Below, piece by piece: positions 41,075 through 49,373 of a DNA stretch of 64,000 bases. The stretch lies in contig JBILLK010000002.1 in NCBI GenBank assembly GCA_044376115.1, forward strand, positions 288,001-352,000, read 5' to 3'. The notes beneath the pieces were generated by a model. The model was not told the origin of the DNA. It saw only the letters and a program-made list of their open reading frames with translations, and ran no database searches. Position 1 is the stretch's first letter; every line of letters starts with the position of its first letter. Origin of the DNA: Polyangiaceae bacterium (GTDB lineage: Bacteria; Myxococcota_A; Polyangia; Polyangiales; Polyangiaceae). Both the position numbers and the translations under genes were made by a program.

Positions 41075-41977
41075 ATGATGATCGAGCGGCTGGCGGTGAG
41101 AAACTTCTATTGCGTGAAGGACGCGACGCTCACGCTGTCCCCGCTGCATGCGTTGATTGGGCCGAACGACACAGGCAAGACCACGTTGCTGAAGGCGGCG
41201 TCTCTCATTTTCGAGCGCCCAGGAACGCAGGTGACACCAGGAAAGCTTGACGTCTACGCCGAGTTCGCCGGCGGCGGAGTGGTCCGCCGACAAGAGCAAA
41301 GGCGCGAGAATTCTGCAGAGATCGACCTCGAGTCATTGCGCGCACGCTATGTGCGGCTGCAACCAAACGCGCTCCGCCAGCCGAGTGGTCTAGTTCCCGA
41401 TGACGACCTGGTCAGCTTCTCTGAAGGGCTTGGCTTACCGGGCGTGTTGACCTCAATCCAGTGGCGCAATCCCACGGCCTTCGCCGACCTGCGTAAGCGC
41501 ATGCTGACGCAGTTTCCGTCGCTCGCAGAGTTGTCGGTCGGCGCACGGACCACCACCGAAGTCGAGCTCCGCGCCGTCCTCAAGTCGGGAGCCAACGTAA
41601 CCGCGGCGGGATTGAGTGACGGAATCCTCTACTACCTCGCCTATCTCTGCCTCCAGCATCTCGCCAAGACCGACATCCTGCTCATCGAGGAACCTGAAAA
41701 CGGGCTGCATCCCTCTCGCATCAAAGACGTCGTGGGCGTGCTGCGGACGATCAGCGAGAGTGGCACGCAAGTCGTCATGGCGACGCATAGCCCACTCGTA
41801 ATCAACGAGCTTGAGACCGACGAGGTCACCCTCATCACGCGAACGGAGGAGCGTGGCACCATCGCAACGCCGATGAGGCAGACCCGCAACTTCGAGGAGC
41901 GATCGAAGGCCTATTCGCTCGGCGAACTCTGGCTCTCGTACGCTGACGGCAACACCGAGACAGAGCTTGTCCCGTGA
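41075..41977 (+). CDS. ABC-type ATPase (AAA_21/AAA_15 family)
   Basis: Walker A GPNDTGKT; signature LSDG; Walker B/D-loop LLIEEPENGLHP; H-loop ATHSP. Confidence 0.9.
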   Translation: MMIERLAVRNFYCVKDATLTLSPLHALIGPNDTGKTTLLKAASLIFERPGTQVTPGKLDVYAEFAGGGVVRRQEQRRENSAEIDLESLRARYVRLQPNALRQPSGLVPDDDLVSFSEGLGLPGVLTSIQWRNPTAFADLRKRMLTQFPSLAELSVGARTTTEVELRAVLKSGANVTAAGLSDGILYYLAYLCLQHLAKTDILLIEEPENGLHPSRIKDVVGVLRTISESGTQVVMATHSPLVINELETDEVTLITRTEERGTIATPMRQTRNFEERSKAYSLGELWLSYADGNTETELVP

Positions 41978-42567
41978 GGGTCTTCGTGGCCGGTGAAGGC
42001 AGCGACGAGCTGGGTGGGTGGTGCGCTGAACCAGCGTATCGAGACACCTCACGGCACGGCTTGGTCGAGACACTCGTGCGGAAGCTAGCGCCGGAGGCCG
42101 ATATCGAGATCGTTGGGGCGGTCCAGTGGAGCAAGGTGTCGAAGTATCGCGCGGGCGGTTTTCGGACGGCGGAAGAGCGCAACGTCCTCGGAATGGCGCT
42201 GCGCGCGCGGGAGGCCAACGCTGACGTCGTAGTGTTCGTGCGTGATCGCGATCGTGATGCTCAGCGCGAGAGGGATATCGAGCAGGGAATCGAGCTCGCG
42301 TCCGCCGCCTACGGTCACGCCCTTCGAATCGCTGGCGGCGTTGCGATCGAGGAGATCGAATCGTGGTTGCTCTCACTCTTGGGTGACGCCGGTGCCGAAT
42401 CGCTGCGCAACCCGAAGGAGAAGCTCGCGGACAAGCACAACGTCTCGACCCTCGAGACGAAGCGAGGTGTTGTCGAAGCCCGTGACCTCAACGTGGTCCC
42501 GCAAAATGCAGCCTCATTCGTAAAGTGGCGCCACCGGGTGCGAGCGTCGCTCGAGTCGCGTTCTTAG
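41974..42567 (+). CDS. TOPRIM-like protein (DUF4276-like)
   Basis: VFVAGEG, VFVRDRD, AIEEIESWLL; GTGA coupling to the ATPase gene. Confidence 0.72.
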   Translation: MRVFVAGEGSDELGGWCAEPAYRDTSRHGLVETLVRKLAPEADIEIVGAVQWSKVSKYRAGGFRTAEERNVLGMALRAREANADVVVFVRDRDRDAQRERDIEQGIELASAAYGHALRIAGGVAIEEIESWLLSLLGDAGAESLRNPKEKLADKHNVSTLETKRGVVEARDLNVVPQNAASFVKWRHRVRASLESRS

Positions 42568-42772
42568 GCAGGTCATTGGGCGATAGCTCCGTCGGAAGGA
42601 TGCTCGCCTCCGCAAAGAACCTCACGGCGCATTCGCGATCTTCGCATACACCTCGAGGCGGCCTTCGTTCCAGAACGAGTAGTCCTGCGTTCCCCAGCCT
42701 CCGCGGGCTGCTCACACGGCTTTCGTTGCGTGAACGCTCGCTGTACTATTTGCGTACTTCTTGGAGGGACTT

Positions 42773-43336
42773 ATGAACACAAAGCTTTTTGGTGCGGTCA
42801 TCGTTTTGTCTCTGATGGCCTGCGGTGACAGCGGTAGCGGCGGAGCAGGTGGCACTGCCGCGGCGGGATCGGGCGGCACGAACACCGGCGGCACAGGCGG
42901 CGCGAACACCGGCGGCACTGGCGGCGCAAACACTGGCGGCTCGGGCGGTGCGAACACTGGCGGCTCCGGCGGCGCAAACACCGGCGGCACTGGCGGCGCA
43001 AACACTGGCGGCTCCGGCGGCACGAACGAAGCGGGCTCCGGTGGCGCAACCAACGGTGGCTCGGGCGGCGGCCAGGATATAACGGCGCAGTGTACCGATG
43101 CTTGCAACGCGGCGTACGACTGTGGCGTCGAGGGCGACAACTGCCCCGGCTTCAGCGGAGACCCTGCGGAAAAGGCTGCGTTCGTAGGGATGGTCGGCGC
43201 CGGCGGCTGTCTCGACGCTTGCATCGACAACCCGGTGCTCGTTGCCGTCATCGACCCGTCCAACTGTCAAGGGACCATCGCGACGCTCTCGGGCGCCAGT
43301 TCGGAGTTTGCCGACGCCTGCGCGAACGGCTTCTGA
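42773..43336 (+). CDS. Gly-rich/Cys-rich lipoprotein
   Basis: GGAGGG RBS; LMAC lipobox; GG(A/T)NTGG(S/T) repeats; C-terminal CxxxC motifs. Confidence 0.8.
   Translation: MNTKLFGAVIVLSLMACGDSGSGGAGGTAAAGSGGTNTGGTGGANTGGTGGANTGGSGGANTGGSGGANTGGTGGANTGGSGGTNEAGSGGATNGGSGGGQDITAQCTDACNAAYDCGVEGDNCPGFSGDPAEKAAFVGMVGAGGCLDACIDNPVLVAVIDPSNCQGTIATLSGASSEFADACANGF
42872..43072 (+). repeat. Intragenic 24-bp tandem repeat (GGANTGGS/T, about 7-8 units)
   Basis: Repeated ggcggcgcaaacac(c/t)ggcggc units. Confidence 0.85.
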
Positions 43337-43466
43337 GCTAGAGGCGGCGAGCGCCGCTCCCAATGCGCGTCCACGGCGAGCCCTCCGACCAACCTCGGAG
43401 GGCGCCGCATCCGCGGCCGACTCGTGCCGACGGAGAGTGGCCGTCGCACCGAACGGCCGCGCCGAT

Positions 43467-43511
43467 GCGACATTCGGGCGTCCGATAAGTTATCGCTGGG
43501 CCCAATGTCGC
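43467..43511. repeat. 45-bp dyad element, variant A (copy 3)
   Basis: GCGACATTCGGGCGTCCGATAAGTTATCGCTGGGCCCAATGTCGC. Confidence 0.9.
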
Positions 43512-43644
43512 GCGTCCTCGACGCAGCTCGAGGAGACGGTGCGCAATCGAGATCGGCGCACGAAGAGGGCGCGCACAATCCGCGGCAATCGGGCTGCAAA
43601 ACAACGCAAGGGTACCGCGCCGCTCACGGCCGTTTACAGCCGAA

Positions 43645-43689
43645 GCGACATTCGGGCGCCCGATAAGTTATCGCGCCGTCCAATGTCGC
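43645..43689. repeat. 45-bp dyad element, variant A (copy 4)
   Basis: GCGACATTCGGGCGCCCGATAAGTTATCGCGCCGTCCAATGTCGC. Confidence 0.9.
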
Positions 43690-43860
43690 TGGCCGCTTGG
43701 CTTCACGAGCGCCGTCCAAGGTCGCTGGTCGCTTGGCTTCACGAGCGCCGTCCAAGGTCGCTGGCCGCTTGGCTTCACGAACGCGGTCCAAGGTCGCTGG
43801 CCGATCGGCTTCACGACGCAGCCCAAGGGCGCTGGTCGCTCGGCTTCACGACGCGGCCCG
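43685..43860. repeat. Intergenic 36-bp tandem repeat, about 5 units, degenerating 3'-ward
   Basis: gtcgctggccgcttggcttcacgagcgccgtccaag starting at 43685, 43721, 43757, 43793 and ~43829. Confidence 0.9.
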
Positions 43861-43908
43861 GCGTTCGGCGGGTGCGGCGGCCTGGCGAGCCGCGCTACCA
43901 TTCGACGG

Positions 43909-44793
43909 ATGAGGCGCGTAGCGACGAGCAACGTTGAACTCGGCCAATTGCAACCGCTGGGCAAAAAGCTGGTGTCGTTGGAGCTTGATGGCAGCGTCTC
44001 GGATGCTGGGCTCGCGGCGCTGGGCGCGTTCGGGGCGCTTGAGGAGTTGAACCTTACCGGCTCGCGCGTCGGTGACGCTGGGCTGGTCCATCTGAGCGGC
44101 CTGCGTAACTTGAAGCGGCTGTGGCTGGGCAACACGCGCGTGAGCGACGAGGGCCTGACGCAGCTATCGAAGCTGACGAAGCTGGAGCTGCTCAACTTGC
44201 GCGTTTCACGGGTTGTGGGGCCTGGGCTCGCGGCGCTGGCGCCATTGCGACGACTGAAGTTCCTCGGGCTCGACTTCACCGCGGTTGCCGATGCGGGGTT
44301 GATGCAGCTGGCGGCGTTGCCTCGCTTGGAGACGTTGGATCTCGGCGATTCAAAGGTCACCGGAAGCGGCTTCGCAAACACCGCGGGCTTTCGCAAGCTG
44401 AAGAACCTCTACCTTCAATCCACGCCGCTGACCGACGAGGGGCTCGGAGCGATTGGCGCGCTCCCCTCGGTCACCGAGCTGCTGCTGCAGAAGACCCGCG
44501 CGACGGATGCTTGGATGGCGCAGCTCGTGCCGAGCAAGCGGCTCCGCAAGCTGGTGTTGGCCTTCCGCTCCACGCGGGCGGGCGAGCATCTGACCCAGCT
44601 CGCACGACTCTCGCAGCTCCGCGAACTATGGCTGCTTGGTCACGCGCCCACCGAGCAGGGCTTCGAGAACCTCGCGCAGCTACGCAAGCTCGAGAGCCTC
44701 GTCCTATCGTCAGCGCGCGACGTCAAAAGCAGCAACGCCCTCAGGCGACGCCTGCGCAGCGCGTTGCCATCGTGCAAGGTCCGTGTGATTTAG
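43909..44793 (+). CDS. Leucine-rich repeat protein (24-aa LRRs)
   Basis: Repeated LxxLxLxxTxVxDxGLxxLxxL; ends LPSCKV. Confidence 0.9.
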   Translation: MRRVATSNVELGQLQPLGKKLVSLELDGSVSDAGLAALGAFGALEELNLTGSRVGDAGLVHLSGLRNLKRLWLGNTRVSDEGLTQLSKLTKLELLNLRVSRVVGPGLAALAPLRRLKFLGLDFTAVADAGLMQLAALPRLETLDLGDSKVTGSGFANTAGFRKLKNLYLQSTPLTDEGLGAIGALPSVTELLLQKTRATDAWMAQLVPSKRLRKLVLAFRSTRAGEHLTQLARLSQLRELWLLGHAPTEQGFENLAQLRKLESLVLSSARDVKSSNALRRRLRSALPSCKVRVI

Positions 44794-44898
44794 AGGCGGG
44801 AACGCGGGTCTCGTTGATGAGGCCGCCAGGAATCGATATTGGCCCGCGCCGGATCCCCAACGTTGACGGCGCCGCTGTCGAGCTGAGAGACTCCGGCG

Positions 44899-45882
44899 AT
44901 GTGCATGGAGAAGAAGCAGCTCGCCGTTCCGGTGAGCGACGAGGCGGCGCCGAATCCGAACGCCGACGTGGTCACCGTCGACGGGAAGTCGCCCATTCTT
45001 CGCGTCGACGACCCCCGTTTGGACTCCAGCGAACCGGGCATGCAGCGGCGCCGCAAAGTCCTCGCGGTGTTCGGCAGACAGTTTCCGATGGCAATCGAGT
45101 GGGCCGAGGTAATCGCAAGGAAGATCGAGGCGCCCTATGAGCAGGGTGTCTTCAAGGACAACTTGGGGTGGGCGCGGCCGGTGTACCCGGCGCCGAAGCA
45201 AGATACCTGCGCCCCTGCCAACACGTACGCAATGAAGCGTGCGAGGGCGAGCGGCGTGTGGGGCTTTGGCATTGAAGGCCACGCAGACGCGTCAACTGGC
45301 TGGAAGGTTCCTCCATCAAAGCGACAGAAGGGCTTCGTGAAGTATCGGCCAGGCATCCTCCCGAGCGTTGGTGACGTGTTCATCCTCTACCACGGTGGTT
45401 CGGCCCACCACTGTGGGTTGGTTTGCCAAGCGTCGCTTGCGCCGGATGACTTCTGGATCACCTGCGATGGTGGCCAACCCGATCGCACCGGCGAACTCCA
45501 CCAGCGAGCCAATGGTAGATGGAAGCGGTCTTACAACAGGCCTGATCCAGATTATCCGCCGGACGCGCTGGCCGATCTGGAGGCGAAGGAAGCCGGGTAT
45601 CTCGTTCCACGCAAGCTCGACTGTTCGGACCCATTCAATCCGGGGATCTCGAATTTTTACGTAGGGGGCGGTAATGAAACGCTCTATGGCTGGCGCAATC
45701 TGACGGCGGACGGGGTGTTGATGGAGAAGGAGGAGTTCGACCCCCCCAACACCCCAGAGTTCGACATCAGGGGCACCGAAGCCGACTACCTCGATATGAA
45801 AAGGCGGATCTTGCGAGTCGACGAGCTGGCCAAGATGGAAGCAGAGTGGCGCAAAAAGCACTACCACCCGACCGAGATTTAG
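44899..45882 (+). CDS. Hypothetical protein with CHAP/NlpC-P60-like Cys-His signature (candidate amidase effector)
   Basis: DTCAP (Cys), PSVGDVFILY..SAHHCGLV (His), WITCDGGQ. Confidence 0.5.
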   Translation: MCMEKKQLAVPVSDEAAPNPNADVVTVDGKSPILRVDDPRLDSSEPGMQRRRKVLAVFGRQFPMAIEWAEVIARKIEAPYEQGVFKDNLGWARPVYPAPKQDTCAPANTYAMKRARASGVWGFGIEGHADASTGWKVPPSKRQKGFVKYRPGILPSVGDVFILYHGGSAHHCGLVCQASLAPDDFWITCDGGQPDRTGELHQRANGRWKRSYNRPDPDYPPDALADLEAKEAGYLVPRKLDCSDPFNPGISNFYVGGGNETLYGWRNLTADGVLMEKEEFDPPNTPEFDIRGTEADYLDMKRRILRVDELAKMEAEWRKKHYHPTEI

Positions 45883-45889
45883 CTCCGCC

Positions 45890-48800
45890 TCACGAACCGT
45901 GCGCCTTTTGGAGCGCGTCCCTGGTCCGCTGGTCGAGCTCGCCGGTCACCTCGATGCCCTGCTCCTGCTGAAACTCCTCGATAGCAGCGCGATCCGCTTC
46001 CAGTGCTTCCGCCTCGGACTCGCCCTGGCCGCCCGGTTGCTTACGGAAGCCCAGGTGCTCGAGACGTTTGCGGACGCCCGTCCTCTCCTCGATGGGATCC
46101 AGGTCGCCGATGCGCAGCTCGTACTCGACGTAGAGCTCGGGGAACACGACCTTGACCTCCCGCACGTGGACGGGCACCTGGATAGTGAAGTTCCCCTCAG
46201 CGTCCGTCGCACCCTCGAGCGGAGCACCAAGACCCTCGACCTTGAACTTGGCGTTTCGCAGGCGCTCTTCCTTCAAGGCGAGGCGCAGCGTCTTTCTTGG
46301 AATGACGGTCGAATAGCTGTTTGAGCTGCCCTTGGTGAGCGACATGCCTTGCCGCTCTGCGTGCGGAAGGTAGACGATGTCGCCTGGGTGGAGGATGCTC
46401 GGCTTCTTCCTCTTGGCCTTGATCTCGGCGTTCTTTGGGTCGTTCCAGACTTTGTCTGCGTCGAAGCCGTGGATGAAGGCGAGCCGCGCGAGATGGTCTC
46501 CCTGGCGGATGACGTGAGGCTGCAAATCCCCTTGAGCTGCCTCTCCCTCGAGCGGCATCTCGGGAAACACGAGCATCCCGCCGGTCGGGATCTCGAGCTC
46601 CGCTTTCCCGTCTTTGTCCGTCCTGCCGCCCACTTCGGAGCCATCGTCGAGCTTCGCCACAAACCGCTGGAACGGCACCGGACTACCGTCCTGATCCTTG
46701 AGCTCGATCTTTGTCGGCGGCGGCGGGGCTTTCGGCGGGGCGTCTTCTGCTAGGGCCGGGGAGTTGAGCAGGATCTTAGGGCCGTCGAGCTGCATGTCCT
46801 TACCCATCATCAAGGAGGCCTGCGGGCTCTTCGCGACCAGCCTGTCGCTCAGCGTGAGCTGCGTATCGCTCGACTTGAGCGACAAGCCGTCCTTGTCCAC
46901 CTTCAGCTTGCCGCCCTCTCCAGTCGTCACGATGGCCGAGGCAGCCAGTTCAATGCGATCTTTGGTCATTCGGATGGAGCTGTCGCCCACTTTCAGCACG
47001 ACTTCTGCGTCTGAAGAGAGCTCGAGGCGATCGATCCCCGTCAATATCGCCGTGCCCTCAGCGTGCGTCGTCCAGCTCCGCTTCTTATCGTTCTTCCCGA
47101 CGATCGTAGTCGAGCAGCCAAGCACCCGGACGGTCACATCGTCGGCGTACACAAGCTCTGAAAGACCCTGAATGTCGCGCCGTTCGCGGCCTTCCACGCG
47201 CGTCGTCAGCATACCTGTCACGCGCTGATCGGAATTGCCGGAGACGGCATCGAGTCGGTTGCCGTCGACCTTGCTGTTGTGGTCACCCTTGATGTGCTGC
47301 TCGAGGTTCTTGTCGATCGTGTCCAGACGGTTGCCAATGATCTGGATGAGCTCGTCGTTCTTTACGCGCAGGGTGTGGTTCTGCTCGACGACCTCGTCGT
47401 AATCCCGCTGGGCATGCAGATAAATCTGCTCCTTGTGCTTTGCGTCGTCGAAGGACAGCTCGTTGAAGCCACCTCCTCCTGGCGAACTCTGCGTGCGCCA
47501 GCCGCTCCTGGTCTTCTCCTGCGGCAGCAGGAACGCTGAGGGATGAGTCGCATTGTAGAGCGAACCGATGACCATGGGCTTGTCTGGGTCTCCGCCCTCA
47601 AACACGACCACCACCTCCATTCCGACGCGCGGAATGAACTGCACGCCCCAACCAGCGCCCGCCCACGGGTGCATCGTGCGGATCCAGCAAGAGCTGTTGT
47701 CGTCGTTCTTACCGTCCCGATCCCAGTGAAACTGAACCTTGATCTGGCCCAAGGCGTCGACGTGGATCTCGCTGCCAAACGGCCCTACGACGACAGCGGT
47801 TAGGGAGACCTGAACGCTGCGCCGCTTCGGCTTCGGTGGAACGAACGGCATCGAGGCCGGCGCGCACTCGAAGGTGTTCTCGTAGACCTGGTAGCGGTCA
47901 CCGCTAGGCTGGCTTCGCCCAAGGTGCTCGACGGAGGTCACGACGTACGGCTGATCGAACCTCGCAACAGGGTGACCGACGAGCGAGAACTTGTGGCCAG
48001 GCTCGAGATCTGCGCAGCCGCCAGCGCCACGGCCGATGGCCGCTCGCCGCCGCGACTGGCGGAGCATTCGCGGCGCCTCGTCGCTCGGGAGCGTCCACTG
48101 CGGAAACAGGAACGGACCGTGATGATCGTAGACTTCGAGATACGGCGGCGGATGGTCGCCGAGCGCAGTCTCAAACGCGGCTCCCGCCACCCCAGCGTTG
48201 ATGGAGGCTGAGGCGCTGAGGCCGCCAACCACGCCAGGCGCGCTAACGCTTAGCTCACCCGTTACTGACGCTGCGACGCTCGCCAGCGTCTTCAGCCCGG
48301 ACTCGGGGAAGGGCGCCACCGACAGCGCGCGGCTCGAGAGCTTGGTGAGCGGTCGAGCCGGATCATAGTCGCGGAACTCGGCGGCAGTCGCGCGCGTGCT
48401 CGTTCCGAATTCGAAGCGGGTGATCTTGTCGCCGTGACTCGTCATCGTCCCCTCTTGGAGCAGAAACTCCAGCGGGGGCGCCGGGCGCGACGCGAGCGTG
48501 CCGATGACGGAGCCGGCCGTAACGGTAGCGCCGGCGTCACCCGAGACTGACACCCCGACGCCAACGCTGCCGACCGCCGCGCCGCCCAGGACGACGGTCG
48601 TACAAGCCGCCAGTGCCGCGGGGTCGTCCACGCCGATGGGCGGGTAGAACGAAGCGTCGTCTCCGCAGATAAGGGTGTCACCTGGAAGAATCGCCGAGCT
48701 AAGCGAAGCCACGGCGCCGACGACCGCACCCGTCACCGCGCCGGCCGCGGGCAAGATCGTGGACACTTGGGCCAGCGCGTCATCGACCGGGCCACCCGCG

Positions 48801-49300
48801 GGAAAGTAGAAGTAGATGCCCGCTTCGGCGAGAAGGCGGGTCACGAAGGCGTAGTCGGTCTCTTCATACTGGGTGCAGTAGTCGCGCACCGGATACGCCT
48901 TCGACAACTGCCAGCGCACGGCGATCCCCGCTTCGTTCAGTACGCTGGCGACCACGTCGAGCACCCGCATTTTCTGAAAGATGCGCGTGCGACGCTTGCG
49001 TTTGAGGAGCCACAGCCGCGGAACGAAGTGCACCTGACAAGCCGCGCGCCCAGCGTCGACCGACCCGCTCACTCGCAGTGAAGCGATCACTCCAAAGAAG
49101 GCCCGTATACTCGAACCGATCGTCCACGTGAGGATGGCGCTCTGTCCCAAGGCTGCGCGTTCGGTCTCGTCGCCATCGATGGTGGTGGTGGTGACGAGGC
49201 GAAATGAATACGCGCTCGACATCGCCTCGCGGCCGCGGAACGACACGACGCTGAACGTGTCCGGGGCCAAACCATTCACCATCAAGGAGTAGGGGTTCAC
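45890..49300 (-). CDS. vgrG: Type VI secretion spike VgrG/TssI with C-terminal transthyretin-like, LysM and PG-binding domains
   Basis: YCTQYEETDYAFVTRLLAEAGIYFYF; IKVQFHWDR..SSCWIR..WAG.GWG..FIPRVGMEVVV.F.GGDPDKP; NELSFDD; LysM HVIRQGDHL; PG-binding AIEEFQ..GIEVTGELD. Confidence 0.93.
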   Translation of the reverse strand: MNPYSLMVNGLAPDTFSVVSFRGREAMSSAYSFRLVTTTTIDGDETERAALGQSAILTWTIGSSIRAFFGVIASLRVSGSVDAGRAACQVHFVPRLWLLKRKRRTRIFQKMRVLDVVASVLNEAGIAVRWQLSKAYPVRDYCTQYEETDYAFVTRLLAEAGIYFYFPAGGPVDDALAQVSTILPAAGAVTGAVVGAVASLSSAILPGDTLICGDDASFYPPIGVDDPAALAACTTVVLGGAAVGSVGVGVSVSGDAGATVTAGSVIGTLASRPAPPLEFLLQEGTMTSHGDKITRFEFGTSTRATAAEFRDYDPARPLTKLSSRALSVAPFPESGLKTLASVAASVTGELSVSAPGVVGGLSASASINAGVAGAAFETALGDHPPPYLEVYDHHGPFLFPQWTLPSDEAPRMLRQSRRRAAIGRGAGGCADLEPGHKFSLVGHPVARFDQPYVVTSVEHLGRSQPSGDRYQVYENTFECAPASMPFVPPKPKRRSVQVSLTAVVVGPFGSEIHVDALGQIKVQFHWDRDGKNDDNSSCWIRTMHPWAGAGWGVQFIPRVGMEVVVVFEGGDPDKPMVIGSLYNATHPSAFLLPQEKTRSGWRTQSSPGGGGFNELSFDDAKHKEQIYLHAQRDYDEVVEQNHTLRVKNDELIQIIGNRLDTIDKNLEQHIKGDHNSKVDGNRLDAVSGNSDQRVTGMLTTRVEGRERRDIQGLSELVYADDVTVRVLGCSTTIVGKNDKKRSWTTHAEGTAILTGIDRLELSSDAEVVLKVGDSSIRMTKDRIELAASAIVTTGEGGKLKVDKDGLSLKSSDTQLTLSDRLVAKSPQASLMMGKDMQLDGPKILLNSPALAEDAPPKAPPPPTKIELKDQDGSPVPFQRFVAKLDDGSEVGGRTDKDGKAELEIPTGGMLVFPEMPLEGEAAQGDLQPHVIRQGDHLARLAFIHGFDADKVWNDPKNAEIKAKRKKPSILHPGDIVYLPHAERQGMSLTKGSSNSYSTVIPRKTLRLALKEERLRNAKFKVEGLGAPLEGATDAEGNFTIQVPVHVREVKVVFPELYVEYELRIGDLDPIEERTGVRKRLEHLGFRKQPGGQGESEAEALEADRAAIEEFQQEQGIEVTGELDQRTRDALQKAHGS

Positions 49301-49373
49301 GGCGAGCAGAAGACCACGCGACCTATGCACACTCAAGTAGTCACCTTGGCCGCCGCATGTACAATCCTCGCCC

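Noticed and set aside
42620..42710. Minus-strand fragment ARGGWGTQDYSFWNEGRLEVYAKIANAP
   Set aside because: Looks coding but has an in-frame stop just upstream and no start; too short to support.
43685..43860. TIGR-like 36-nt guide array
   Set aside because: Units are near-identical with no variable spacer segments or box C/D-like motifs, and no Nop-domain gene is adjacent.
43242..43937. 231-aa ORF across the repeats (SLAAWLHERRPR units)
   Set aside because: Arg-rich translation of the non-coding dyad and 36-bp repeats; overlaps two better-supported genes.
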